From Nostoc sp. DedSLP01 (GTDB lineage Bacteria; Cyanobacteriota; Cyanobacteriia; Cyanobacteriales; Nostocaceae), in assembly GCA_034530875.2 (NCBI GenBank), contig JAVRCJ020000008.1:128001-192000 (forward strand): a stretch of DNA of 64,000 nt, in the 5' to 3' direction. The position numbers and the translations under genes are program-made. Below, piece after piece: positions 47,790 through 57,480 of the stretch. Positions within the stretch are counted from its first letter, which is position 1; each line of letters starts with the position of its first letter. A model generated the notes under the pieces. The model saw only the letters and a program-made list of their open reading frames with translations. It did not search any database and was not told the origin of the DNA.

Positions 47790-48076
47790 AGGGGACTGGT
47801 GACTGGTGATTGGGTATGGGTAATTGGCAGTGTGGGGGGTGTGGGAGGAAGGGGAAGAGAGAAAAGCATAAGGGACTTCCAACTAAAAAAATATACAATC
47901 GCCAGGGGTAGCAGAGGGAGCAGAGGGAGGAAGAATTTCAGATGATATTTACTCTCACCCATTGAATAATTCATTTTCTAAAAGTCCCTAAATTCTCTTT
48001 TCCCCCACACTCCCCACACTTCCCCATCTCCTCATCTACCCCAGTGCCCAGTCACCAATCCCCAGTACCCAGTCCC
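47790..48076. mobile_element. Nested repeats: MITE inside a composite element inside an STRR hairpin
   Basis: Inner TIR AGGGACTT(47871)...AAGTCCCT(47989); middle GTGTGGG...CCCCACACTCCCCACACTTCCCCATCTCC; outer GACTGGT...CCCAGT arrays. Confidence 0.65.
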
Positions 48077-48077
48077 T

Positions 48078-49604
48078 TTACTCATATTCATCGGGTTCTA
48101 AATCTTCGGTTGTCAGTTCTTGATGGGGGATGGCGGCGATAATTGCATCTATTACTTTAGATACTGGTAATATCTCAATATTCAGGTCAGGGAATTTTTG
48201 TCCCTTGGGCACGATCGCTCTTTTAAATCCCAATTTAGCTGCTTCTTTCAACCGCAGTTCCATTTGGGAAACCGATCGCACTTGTCCGCCTAACCCAACT
48301 TCTCCAATCAATACTGTACCTGGGTCAACGATGCGATCGCGGAAACTAGCAACGATAGCAATTGCTATTCCTAAATCCACTGCTGGTTCTTCTACATTCA
48401 AGCCGCCAGCAGAAGCAACATAAGAATCTAATTTCGACATGGGAATCCCGACACGTTTTTCTAAAACGGCGAGAATTTGCACTAAACGGTTGTAATCTAT
48501 GCCAGTGGCTGCACGTCGCGGTGAAGGGTAGCTGGTGGGACTGACAAGGGCTTGTAATTCGACTACGATGGGGCGAGTACCTTCACAAGCCACTACAATT
48601 GCTGTACCTGGTGCCGGGTCGTCACGATTGCCTAAAAATAACTCTGAGGGGTTAGGAACTTCTCGCAGTCCATGCGACACCATTTCAAAGATGCCGATTT
48701 CATGTGTTGCCCCAAAACGGTTTTTAACTGTACGTAATAAGCGATGGGAAGCAAAGCGATCGCCTTCAAAATACAACACTGTGTCTACTAAATGTTCTAA
48801 AACTTTCGGCCCGGCGATCGCACCTTCTTTGGTGACGTGTCCGACAATCAGCATGGTAATATCTTCGTGCTTCGCCACCTTCATCAAAGCCGCAGTACAT
48901 TCGCGTACCTGAGCCACCGAACCAGGCGCAGAAGTTAAGGCGGGAAAGAAGACTGTTTGAATACTATCAATCACAGCTACATTCGGTTTCAATGAATCTA
49001 CTTCCCGCAAAATCTCTTCTAAGTCTGTTTCTGGCAATACATATAAATCGGCTCCTACACTTTCGGGTGCTGGCGATGGGGGAGGATTTTGTGCTTCTGG
49101 CTCGTTGTCATCACCGACAACACTCAGAGGTTTGGCTACTCCCAAACGAGAAGCTCTTAATTTGATTTGTTGCCCTGATTCTTCTCCAGAAATATAAAGG
49201 ATGCGGTATCTTTGCGCCAACTGATTTGATACTTGCAGTAATAAAGTAGATTTGCCAATTCCTGGGTCGCCGCCAATCAACACCATTGAACCGGGAACGA
49301 CTCCACCACCAAGCACCCGATCCAATTCGCCATAACCGGATTCCCAACGCGTGACTTGGCGATCGCTAATTTGGTCAAATGTCAGCGAAGCCCGCTGTTT
49401 AGGAGGTTTGCCAGTAGGTTTGCCATTGTTCGGTGCGGCTTGCCAACCGCTAACTCCTCCACGAGTAGGTACATCTACAGAAGATTGGATCAGGATTTGT
49501 TCTTCTAGAGAATTGTAAGTACCACAGGCTGGACACTTACCAAACCATTGAGGAGATTCTGCCCCACAATCGTTACAAACGTAAAAACTTTTTGGCTTTG
49601 CCAT
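48078..49604 (-). CDS. radA: DNA repair protein RadA/Sms
   Basis: C4 zinc finger C..CG....WFGKCPAC, GGDPGIGKSTLLLQ, KNRFG motif, Lon-like C-terminus. Confidence 0.98.
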   Translation of the reverse strand: MAKPKSFYVCNDCGAESPQWFGKCPACGTYNSLEEQILIQSSVDVPTRGGVSGWQAAPNNGKPTGKPPKQRASLTFDQISDRQVTRWESGYGELDRVLGGGVVPGSMVLIGGDPGIGKSTLLLQVSNQLAQRYRILYISGEESGQQIKLRASRLGVAKPLSVVGDDNEPEAQNPPPSPAPESVGADLYVLPETDLEEILREVDSLKPNVAVIDSIQTVFFPALTSAPGSVAQVRECTAALMKVAKHEDITMLIVGHVTKEGAIAGPKVLEHLVDTVLYFEGDRFASHRLLRTVKNRFGATHEIGIFEMVSHGLREVPNPSELFLGNRDDPAPGTAIVVACEGTRPIVVELQALVSPTSYPSPRRAATGIDYNRLVQILAVLEKRVGIPMSKLDSYVASAGGLNVEEPAVDLGIAIAIVASFRDRIVDPGTVLIGEVGLGGQVRSVSQMELRLKEAAKLGFKRAIVPKGQKFPDLNIEILPVSKVIDAIIAAIPHQELTTEDLEPDEYE

Positions 49605-49773
49605 TCGTAAATCTTATTAAATATTCTTAATTTTTGCTTAAGTTTTTGAGTACGCTAAAATCCAATAATAGTGGTAATTCGAGCTTTTTCCAAATCAATT
49701 TGTGGAATGATATCTTAATATTATGGTATTAAAAATTAATCATGTAAATTTTTAGTAAGGAGCGTCGATTAAC

Positions 49774-50502
49774 TTGGAAAGTCATAAAGAAAAAATCTTG
49801 GTAGTAGACGATGAAGCCAGCATTCGTCGAATTTTGGAAACGCGTCTTTCGATGATTGGCTACGATGTCGTGACAGCCGGTGACGGAGAAGAAGCTTTAG
49901 ATACTTTTCGCAAAGCAGATCCTGACCTAGTAGTTTTAGATGTGATGATGCCAAAGCTAGATGGCTACGGTGTTTGTCAAGAATTACGTAAGGAATCTGA
50001 CGTACCTATTATTATGCTAACAGCCTTGGGCGATGTAGCCGATCGCATTACAGGACTAGAATTAGGTGCTGACGATTACGTAGTTAAACCATTTTCCCCT
50101 AAAGAGCTAGAAGCCCGGATTCGCTCAGTGCTGCGGCGGGTAGACAAAACTAGTGCTACTGGTATTCCCAGTTCTGGGGTGATTCATGTCGCTAACATCA
50201 AAATCGATACGAATAAGCGACAAGTCTATAAAGGCGACGAACGCATTAGATTGACAGGTATGGAGTTTAGCTTACTAGAGTTGTTAGTCAGTCGCTCTGG
50301 AGAAGCTTTTTCCCGTTCAGAAATTTTGCAGGAAGTTTGGGGTTACACACCAGAACGCCATGTAGATACCCGCGTTGTAGATGTACATATATCCCGTTTA
50401 CGAGCAAAGTTAGAAGACGATCCCAGCAATCCAGAATTAATACTGACAGCCCGAGGTACTGGTTATCTTTTCCAGCGAATTATTGAACCAGGGGAAGAGT
50501 AG
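49774..50502 (+). CDS. rpaB: OmpR-family response regulator RpaB (Ycf27)
   Basis: KEKILVVDDEASIRRILETRLSMIGY...DTRVVDVHISRLRAKLE.DPSNPELILTARGTGYLFQR; TTG start with AGGAG RBS. Confidence 0.95.
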   Translation: MESHKEKILVVDDEASIRRILETRLSMIGYDVVTAGDGEEALDTFRKADPDLVVLDVMMPKLDGYGVCQELRKESDVPIIMLTALGDVADRITGLELGADDYVVKPFSPKELEARIRSVLRRVDKTSATGIPSSGVIHVANIKIDTNKRQVYKGDERIRLTGMEFSLLELLVSRSGEAFSRSEILQEVWGYTPERHVDTRVVDVHISRLRAKLEDDPSNPELILTARGTGYLFQRIIEPGEE

Positions 50503-50559
50503 GAGAGAGCAGGGGAGGCAGGGGGAGCAGGGGAAGAAAAAACTAATGACTAATGACCA

Positions 50560-51204
50560 ATGACTAAACCCGACCCCAATCGAGTTTTGCGGCGTCTACC
50601 CATTGTTGTAGGTGGACTAGGCGCTGTACTTTTGCTAATTAACCGCTTATTGACACAGGAACTAACCGCATCTCAAGCCCGTGGTGATGTTTTGGGTGTG
50701 ATTTTGAGTGCGGTATTAATTTTGACTGGTTTAATTTGGCAGCAGGTGCAGCCGCGATCGCCTGATAGTGTAGAACTAATTGGAGAGGAGGGTTTTGTAC
50801 TCGCGCCAGACTTACCAGAAGGCGTGAAAACTGAACTCGCTTGGGCGTCTCATTTATTGTTGACTAATACAGTCACACGATCGCTAGTAGTTTTCTATCA
50901 AGGTAAAGTTTTGTTGCGTCGTGGGATTTTGGGTAGCAAATCTGAGGTTGTACCAGGAGCAATCTTAAAACAGGTACTCGAAAAACAAAGGCCAATTTAT
51001 CTAGTGGCGCTAAGTGTCTATCCAGGTAGGATTGAATTTGATTATCTACCAGAAAATACTCAAGGTGTAATTTGTCAACCGATTGGCGATAAAGGTGTCC
51101 TCATTTTAGGAGCAAACGCCCCTCGCAGTTACACCAAACAAGATGAAAACTGGATTGCAGGAATTGCTGATAAATTAGCAGTTAGTCTGAGTCAATTTTC
51201 CTAA
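50560..51204 (+). CDS. Cofactor assembly of complex C subunit B (CCB2/CCB4, DUF2930)
   Basis: Two N-terminal TMs, ELAWASHLLLTNT, L.VYPGR.EFDYLP.NTQ.VICQP, RSYTKQDE.WI; follows rpaB. Confidence 0.8.
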   Translation: MTKPDPNRVLRRLPIVVGGLGAVLLLINRLLTQELTASQARGDVLGVILSAVLILTGLIWQQVQPRSPDSVELIGEEGFVLAPDLPEGVKTELAWASHLLLTNTVTRSLVVFYQGKVLLRRGILGSKSEVVPGAILKQVLEKQRPIYLVALSVYPGRIEFDYLPENTQGVICQPIGDKGVLILGANAPRSYTKQDENWIAGIADKLAVSLSQFS

Positions 51205-51208
51205 AAAT

Positions 51209-52117
51209 TCAATCCCAAGAAGTTAAAAAATTCCAGTCTCCTGTTTCTTCTGGTGTATTTCCTTCTTTTTGTTCGGGTGTATTTAGATTTTTTTGTTGAA
51301 TTATCTTCTCATATTCTCCAGAATCAACCCATTTTAATAACTCCCCAGTTCGCATCACTACCCACGAAAGTCCAGATTCGGCATAACTTAAGATTTTGGT
51401 GACGCGATCGGCAGTATCAAGATTTTGAGATGCAAACTCACGGGCTTGAGTCACGAAATCTTCAATTACAACAGTAGTTAAATATTCATCTGGTAAACCT
51501 GCAAGTTTCATCAGTGCAGTGGTTGCGACATCAATATCCTGACAAGCTAATAAACCGGCGCGATCGGCAGTGAACCTAGCCATCATCTGCCAGTTATATA
51601 AAGCTAATTCCATACCATTAGCTACCAAGCCACCAACACCCAATGTAGTACTACTCAACAAATTTTTTAAAGTTGGCATTACAAATGCCATTTGGTGATA
51701 AACCATGTGCTGACTTTTAATACGAGCAATTTCATGCCCTAAAATGTAAACCAACTCATCTGTATTAAGCCACTCCAGTGCATCTAAATTAATACCAATG
51801 AGAGGTTTTTCTACTCCAATAATGTAGCTTCTAATGTGACCCGTGCCTCGATACAGATATAGCTCAGGAAGTGGCGTTACATCAAGAATTTCACAAGTTT
51901 CTACTAATGTCTGATGTAACTGGGGAAAATTACGAGGGGTAATTCTGATATCGCTACCAACGGTTTGCAAGCGGAGTAGGCGATCGATACCGTACTCGTT
52001 GATTTTTTTAAGTAGCAGCGAGACACCAGGCATCTTTTGCAAAGAAGCTAAAGCTTTGCGATCGAATGGGTGTTCGTAAGCTTGTGAACTCAGTCCAGTT
52101 AATATTTTTCTCGTCAT
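51209..52117 (-). CDS. M48 family metallopeptidase homolog with degenerate HExxH
   Basis: AYEHPFDR, P..FPQL, GHEIARIK, TADRAGLLACQD, LMKLAG. Confidence 0.8.
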   Translation of the reverse strand: MTRKILTGLSSQAYEHPFDRKALASLQKMPGVSLLLKKINEYGIDRLLRLQTVGSDIRITPRNFPQLHQTLVETCEILDVTPLPELYLYRGTGHIRSYIIGVEKPLIGINLDALEWLNTDELVYILGHEIARIKSQHMVYHQMAFVMPTLKNLLSSTTLGVGGLVANGMELALYNWQMMARFTADRAGLLACQDIDVATTALMKLAGLPDEYLTTVVIEDFVTQAREFASQNLDTADRVTKILSYAESGLSWVVMRTGELLKWVDSGEYEKIIQQKNLNTPEQKEGNTPEETGDWNFLTSWD

Positions 52118-52290
52118 TGATTTCTTATCTTCAGGGCTATCAGAAAATGCGATAGATTTACTTTATCAATCATTTTTGAGCAATTCTCTTGTCGATGCAA
52201 CACAACACGCCCTTTGGTAGCACAGCAGTGCTACCCTATCAAATGAATGACTAGCTCAGTTGAAAATTTGGTAATTATAAGATTTCATCT

Positions 52291-52803
52291 ATGCAAATTA
52301 TCTATTGGCTATTAATTGCCGTAATGATTGTAGGCATTATCGGCGCTGTAGTTCCTGCAATTCCAGGCGCTAGCTTAATTTTAATTGCAATTATCATTTG
52401 GGGAATCGTTAGCAGTTCCTTTGCAGCTATCAAGATTCCATTAATTACGACAATTGTTGTTTTGTTACTCAGTGTCGGAGTCGATTTTTTAGCTAGTTAT
52501 GTGGGAGCAAGGCAAGCGGGAGCTAGCAAGTGGGGCCAAATTGGCGCAGTAGTGGGCTTAGTGGTGGGATTTTTAGGATTATTGCCAGCTTTGCCTTTTG
52601 GAGGCCCACTGTTAGGGATTCTACTAGGGCCGTTACTGGGAGCAATTATTGGTGAGTATCTTTACCGACGTGAATTAGGATTAGCAGTAAAGGCGGGTAT
52701 CGGAATTGTGGTAGGTACGCTGGTTGGGAATTTGATTCAAGGCTTGTTGGCGATCGCAGCAGTTACAGTGTTTATTCTGGTAACCTGGCCTCAGGTGTAT
52801 TAG
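52291..52803 (+). CDS. DUF456 family membrane protein
   Basis: G..GAVVPAIPG, GARQAGASKWGQIGA, GPLLGAIIGE. Confidence 0.88.
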   Translation: MQIIYWLLIAVMIVGIIGAVVPAIPGASLILIAIIIWGIVSSSFAAIKIPLITTIVVLLLSVGVDFLASYVGARQAGASKWGQIGAVVGLVVGFLGLLPALPFGGPLLGILLGPLLGAIIGEYLYRRELGLAVKAGIGIVVGTLVGNLIQGLLAIAAVTVFILVTWPQVY

Positions 52804-52873
52804 TACCTAGTCTGGAAAAGACACAGCACTACAGAGACACTTAACTAAATACTTAATTTACTTACACAAACAC

Positions 52874-52914
52874 AGCGGTTCTTCCCATTTCTTGTAGATA
52901 TGAGAGGAACCGCT
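52874..52914 (+). terminator. Hairpin after the DUF456 gene
   Basis: AGCGGTTC...GAACCGCT. Confidence 0.5.
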
Positions 52915-53387
52915 ACTTATTCTTTAACCAAGAAGTATTGCCCTTGCTCTGCGATGATACTCCAAGAACCTTGTCGGCAGTCTTGCATAACTAAGATTTA
53001 GTAACAAAAGATATTGTAGATACGCTGCATACTACACTTTTCTAAAATACATCTGAGTATTACATAAGTATAAAAATAATGAAATATTTTTGAGTACTGA
53101 AGAGATTTTTCCTAAATTAAGAGCTATTGTTAGCAACAAAATGCCTGTGTAGTAATATTTATGCGAAGCAAAGATATACAAGAAATTAAAAGTTCATAAA
53201 GCATACTAGTGAATTAAAGATGTAATGAAGACCACTCAGTAAATATTGCAGGCTCCGAATCTATGTGTTTTTATGTAGATATGAAATAAATCACACAACT
53301 TTCGCTTTCACTGACAGTATTTTCAACCAATTATTGATACCTAAGTAAAGCAAATACTCTCATTAAAACTGTTACTAGGAGCCTCAA

Positions 53388-54062
53388 ATGACAATTACAC
53401 GTACCTTTAAATCTACATTACTAAATGCAACTCTAGCTGTTACTGCTGCAATTCCCTTAGCTACTGCTGGATTATTTACCTCTGCTGGTTCTGCTCAAGC
53501 TGCTGCACTAAATGGTAGTTTTAATTTCACTGGCGCTGGATTTCCTGCTACTACAGTTACAGTTTCAAATACATCCTTACAATTTAGCCCTAGTCCTGGT
53601 TTAGCTTCACTATCATTACAGAGTGGAAGTTTTACAGCATTCAATGCAGCTAGCATATTCAATGTTACTACTAGCCCTTTAACACCTGGTTCTCTGTTTA
53701 TTGACTTAGGTGTATTTGCAACCCCTGGTACTTTGACAGATGGAGCAAATACATTTAGTTTGACATCTTTCGATACCCCAACATTCAAATCCCAGAACGG
53801 AGGAACAGATATAAATATCAATTACCTTGGATTCTTTGATGATGGACTTGGTAACAAAACTAGTGCAAAGGGATACATTACTTTTGCTACTCAAGACGCG
53901 AATGCAGAAACAACTTACAAAAATGGTGGAAAATTTAATGCAACTTTCACAGGTCTTGCGGTAGCTTCAGTTCCCGAACCAGCTACATTACTAGGCTTGG
54001 GTGCTGTAGGTGGAGTAATGGCTGTGTCTCGCCGTCGCAATCGCAAAAGTTTTGCTCAATAG
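53388..54062 (+). CDS. PEP-CTERM sorting domain protein
   Basis: Signal peptide ending AGSAQAA; S/T/G-rich body; VPEPATLLGLG-TM-RRRNRK; AGGAG RBS. Confidence 0.93.
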   Translation: MTITRTFKSTLLNATLAVTAAIPLATAGLFTSAGSAQAAALNGSFNFTGAGFPATTVTVSNTSLQFSPSPGLASLSLQSGSFTAFNAASIFNVTTSPLTPGSLFIDLGVFATPGTLTDGANTFSLTSFDTPTFKSQNGGTDININYLGFFDDGLGNKTSAKGYITFATQDANAETTYKNGGKFNATFTGLAVASVPEPATLLGLGAVGGVMAVSRRRNRKSFAQ

Positions 54063-54083
54063 ACCTATCCTCTAATATAAAAA

Positions 54084-54110
54084 AGTTACTTTTAGTTGCT
54101 AAAAGTAACT
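54084..54110. terminator. Hairpin between convergent PEP-CTERM and nblB genes
   Basis: AGTTACTTTTAG-TTG-CTAAAAGTAACT with an A-tract on the left (U-tract for nblB). Confidence 0.7.
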
Positions 54111-54223
54111 GTAATTCCTCAATTCTATCTGGCTGGAATGCAAAATTTTACCAACCAGGTCGAATTTTTTTTTGGATGTTAGATAAATCTATTTCAGGTG
54201 AATTTTCTTAAACTGAAATAGAC

Positions 54224-54889
54224 TCAAGCTAACTGCAAAGATTGTTTTGCTTCATTAGCGATCGCTTCTACACGATCGTTAACCAGAGTTTGTAATATAG
54301 ATTTGGCTTCTGGAGTATCAAAATGACCCAAAGCTTGTACCAGTCTGTAACGGATTTGCCAATCTGGGTTAGTAGCAAATGGAGCTAAAAGAGGAACTGC
54401 TTCTACATTTCCTAACTCACCCAAAGAACTAATAGCCACAGTTTGAATTAATTCATTATCTGAAGAGAGTGCTTCTTTAAGTAGTTCAAAAGACCGCGGA
54501 TCCCCTAGCTCACCCATCGTCGCAATGATACTAAATTGTACTAGCCATTCACTCGTTGTATGATACAGTTTCTGTAAATCTTCAAAAGCATCATGTAACT
54601 TGAGAGCGCCCAGACAATCTGCTGCTGCTGCTTGTATGTCTATTTCTGGGTCGTTGAGCAAGCGATCGCGTAAGATTTCCAACGATACCTCTAAATCCTG
54701 CGTTCCCAGTGTATCCATTTGGCTCACTGCTGAATACCTAACGCGGGCGTTGCGATCGGCAATGGCAGTTTGCAGCAACTCAAAGCCAATCCCTGGTTCT
54801 AGTTGACGGATTTGATTTACTGCACGCAAGCGATCGCCTACATCCTCAGAACCAAGCAATTGCTGAACAGACTCTGGAGTAATACTCAT
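54224..54889 (-). CDS. nblB: Phycobilisome degradation protein NblB (HEAT-repeat)
   Basis: MSITPESV..LL.SED.GDRLRAVNQIR, RVRYSAVSQ, AAAADCLGAL, DWQIRYR. Confidence 0.8.
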   Translation of the reverse strand: MSITPESVQQLLGSEDVGDRLRAVNQIRQLEPGIGFELLQTAIADRNARVRYSAVSQMDTLGTQDLEVSLEILRDRLLNDPEIDIQAAAADCLGALKLHDAFEDLQKLYHTTSEWLVQFSIIATMGELGDPRSFELLKEALSSDNELIQTVAISSLGELGNVEAVPLLAPFATNPDWQIRYRLVQALGHFDTPEAKSILQTLVNDRVEAIANEAKQSLQLA

Positions 54890-54967
54890 TTAATTATCCT
54901 TGATTTTCAAACGTATAAAAAACAGCCAAAAGGCAACAGTCAAGTCTTAAAAAACTCTTGACTCGCA

Positions 54968-55108
54968 ATTTTAGATTTTAAATTTTTTTGGGATCGCTAT
55001 TTTTAAGTAAACTAAATCCTTCACCACTTACAGACGAAACAAATCCAGAATCCTGCGCAGATGAGCACTCTCGGAGTCTGTTTCAATCCAAAATCTCAAA
55101 TCCAAAAT
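54968..55108. repeat. Degenerate ATTTTAG...TCCAAAA-bounded dispersed repeat
   Basis: ATTTTAGATTTT at the left end; AATCCAAAATCTCAAATCCAAAAT at the right end. Confidence 0.45.
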
Positions 55109-55131
55109 TATTTGACTATTGCCCAATGTGA

Positions 55132-55593
55132 TTAATCTTGAGCTGCCATTGCGCGGATAATATCACCACGAGTAAGAATACCAATTACTTGACCCGTGCC
55201 ATCAAGTACTGGCAAGCGGTGAACGCTGCGATCGTGCATGACTGTAGCAGCTTCCTTTAAAGTTTTTTCAGGAGAAATAGTAATGGGGTTTTTACTCATC
55301 ACTTCCCCAACAGTTTGCCCTAATGCTTTATGCAAGTCACGATCGTAAGTGGCAGGGTTTTTCAAATAGATAACGCTATCAAGAAACATGATGTATGCAG
55401 GTGGAGTCACACCAGTTTCTTGCCACATCAAATCGGTTTCTGAGATAATGCCCATCAATTTACCGCCATCATCCACAACAGGTAGTCCACTAATGTGGCG
55501 TTCTGCGAGAATTTGGATAGCTTCCTTGAGTGGAGTTTCTGCCCGAACCACAATCGGATCGCGGCTCATCACGTCGGCAACGGTTTTAGGCAT
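55132..55593 (-). CDS. CBS domain protein
   Basis: TVADVMSRDP, ISGLPVVD, TVGEVM, HRLPVLD, GILTRGDII; ATG at 55593. Confidence 0.92.
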   Translation of the reverse strand: MPKTVADVMSRDPIVVRAETPLKEAIQILAERHISGLPVVDDGGKLMGIISETDLMWQETGVTPPAYIMFLDSVIYLKNPATYDRDLHKALGQTVGEVMSKNPITISPEKTLKEAATVMHDRSVHRLPVLDGTGQVIGILTRGDIIRAMAAQD

Positions 55594-55690
55594 TTGTTTA
55601 CTGACACCATTTATCAAAGTCCCTCCGATTATTGTAGAAAATTGCGGGACTCAACCTCATGCAATTAATAGATTGTTACGGGATTGGATA

Positions 55691-55848
55691 TGGGAGGAGA
55701 GGGAGGTGTGGGAGGTGTGGGAGGTGTGGGAAGAAATCTTTCCCCCCTCTCCCGCCACACTCCCCACACTTCCCCATCTCCTCATCTCCCCTCTCCCCCC
55801 ACACTTCCCTATCTCCCCATCTCCCCACCTCCCCATTCCCCATTCTCC
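55691..55848 (+). repeat. Composite STRR element, copy 3 (overlaps the mutT 3' end)
   Basis: Core GAAGAAATCTTTCC at 55730-55743. Confidence 0.85.
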
Positions 55849-56249
55849 TTGAGGGCAGCAATAATTTGAACATTTGCTTTCGGAAAAGTAAACTGTTCGA
55901 GTTCTTCCAAATTTACCCAGCGAATTTCGTCGCATTCTAAAGGCTGGGGTACGCCTGTAACATGGCGGCAATGATGTACTGTCAGTGTAACCCGCAAGTC
56001 TGTATAAGTATGGTCAATAGTAATTAGATGCTCTCCGACTTCAATGGCTATTCCCAGTTCTTCATAAATTTCCCGTTGAATACACTCTTGGACGGTTTCA
56101 CCAGGCTCAATTTTGCCACCAGGAAATTCCCACAAACCGCCCATCACTCCTTCTGGACGACGGCGGTCAATTAAGATTTGCTTTTGTTTGTTCCAAATGA
56201 CGGCAACACCAATGATTTTATGGGGTGGGGAAGAAGTGGTTTGGCTCAT
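55809..56249 (-). CDS. mutT: 8-oxo-dGTP diphosphatase MutT (Nudix)
   Basis: GGLWEFPGGKIEPGET..ECIQREIYEELG Nudix box, HTY, FPKAN. Confidence 0.9.
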   Translation of the reverse strand: MSQTTSSPPHKIIGVAVIWNKQKQILIDRRRPEGVMGGLWEFPGGKIEPGETVQECIQREIYEELGIAIEVGEHLITIDHTYTDLRVTLTVHHCRHVTGVPQPLECDEIRWVNLEELEQFTFPKANVQIIAALKENGEWGGGEMGR

Positions 56250-56261
56250 GGTTTATAAAAA

Positions 56262-56391
56262 TGGGGAGATGGGGAAGTGTGGGGAGTGTGGGGGGAGAGG
56301 GGGGAAAGATTTCTTCCCCATCTTCCCACACCTCCCACACCTCCCTCTCCTCCCACACCTCCCTCTCCTCCCACACCTCCCACACTCCCCC
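56262..56391 (-). repeat. Composite STRR element, copy 4
   Basis: Core GGAAAGATTTCTTC at 56303-56316. Confidence 0.85.
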
Positions 56392-56869
56392 GCTTGCCCC
56401 ATACTTTATAACAAAACTCGGCAGAGTGGTTTTAATCTTGCCGAGTTTGGATTGATTGCGAGTATTGCCAATCGCTATTTGTTTATCCACACCTTTTTTA
56501 TTCGTTCAAAAATACACCTCTGGTTCATTAATTCCCAAATTACATAGATTTAGAGAAAAACAAATTCAAAAATTCTGCGTTACTCTGCACCTTTTGGGTC
56601 TCAATTTCAATCCAATTGTGCTGATATTTTGGATATTGTGAAATATTTATCGGATATGCGATCGCTTATTTGCGATCGGGATTTTCCAGATGGCTATTTT
56701 CATTACTCTAGCCATAACTGTGAGTAACTTCAGTTCAACGATATTGAAATTGAATTTGCTAAATTTTACAGCGAATTTCAAGTCAGCTAAACTACACAAT
56801 TCTTGGTATCAAACCCTGGCTTAAGCGTAATCGCGTAGCCCATTGTGAATTCTACTGTAATATTTATTT

Positions 56870-57214
56870 TTAGTCAATTTCGGTATTATTGCTTTCAGTT
56901 CCTTGTAACGCCATTTCAAAACTCATTCTCTGTTCTGCGTTACGCAAGAAATAGCCACTAATCATAGCAGAGGCCAAAAGCCGACCTAGACTTTCTCTAC
57001 TTGTGGTTATAGCAACCCCAAAGTGTTCTGAAGGCAAGTTTCCTAACAATCCCGTAATATTACGTTCCATCACCTGAAACACTTCGGGAGAAGTAGGTTT
57101 AGATAGTTGGGTAACTGTTTCAGGACTCAATGATTTAACATATTGCCATAGCAAATCGGTAGTTTCTGATTCGCTATCGAAAAATTCTGAGACACGGTTT
57201 GATGGGTTAGTCAT
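56870..57214 (-). CDS. DUF760 domain protein
   Basis: LWQYV.SLSPE...LSKPTS.EV, GLLGNLP...F, LGRLLASAM..GYFLRNAEQR. Confidence 0.9.
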   Translation of the reverse strand: MTNPSNRVSEFFDSESETTDLLWQYVKSLSPETVTQLSKPTSPEVFQVMERNITGLLGNLPSEHFGVAITTSRESLGRLLASAMISGYFLRNAEQRMSFEMALQGTESNNTEID

Positions 57215-57443
57215 TTTATATCTCCTTAACTACCATTCCTTCATACGGTGTTTGTGATTTGGAGACTAAATGCCTTTATTCGGTTTGATTTTGCTTGGCT
57301 ATTTGGTCTACCTGTTAAATAATGTAACAGGTTAGCTCGCTGCTGAAAGTGGGCGTAACCGTACCAAAAGCAGGGTATTTTCTCACCAATTAATCAGTAG
57401 TCATTAGCGAGGCGCTGTAGAACATTCACCATTGGTTTTCACG

Positions 57444-57480
57444 AATGACTAATGACTAATGACTAATGACTAATGACTAA
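57444..57480. repeat. STRR (AATGACT)5 abutting the sigma factor stop codon
   Basis: AATGACT tandem array. Confidence 0.9.
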
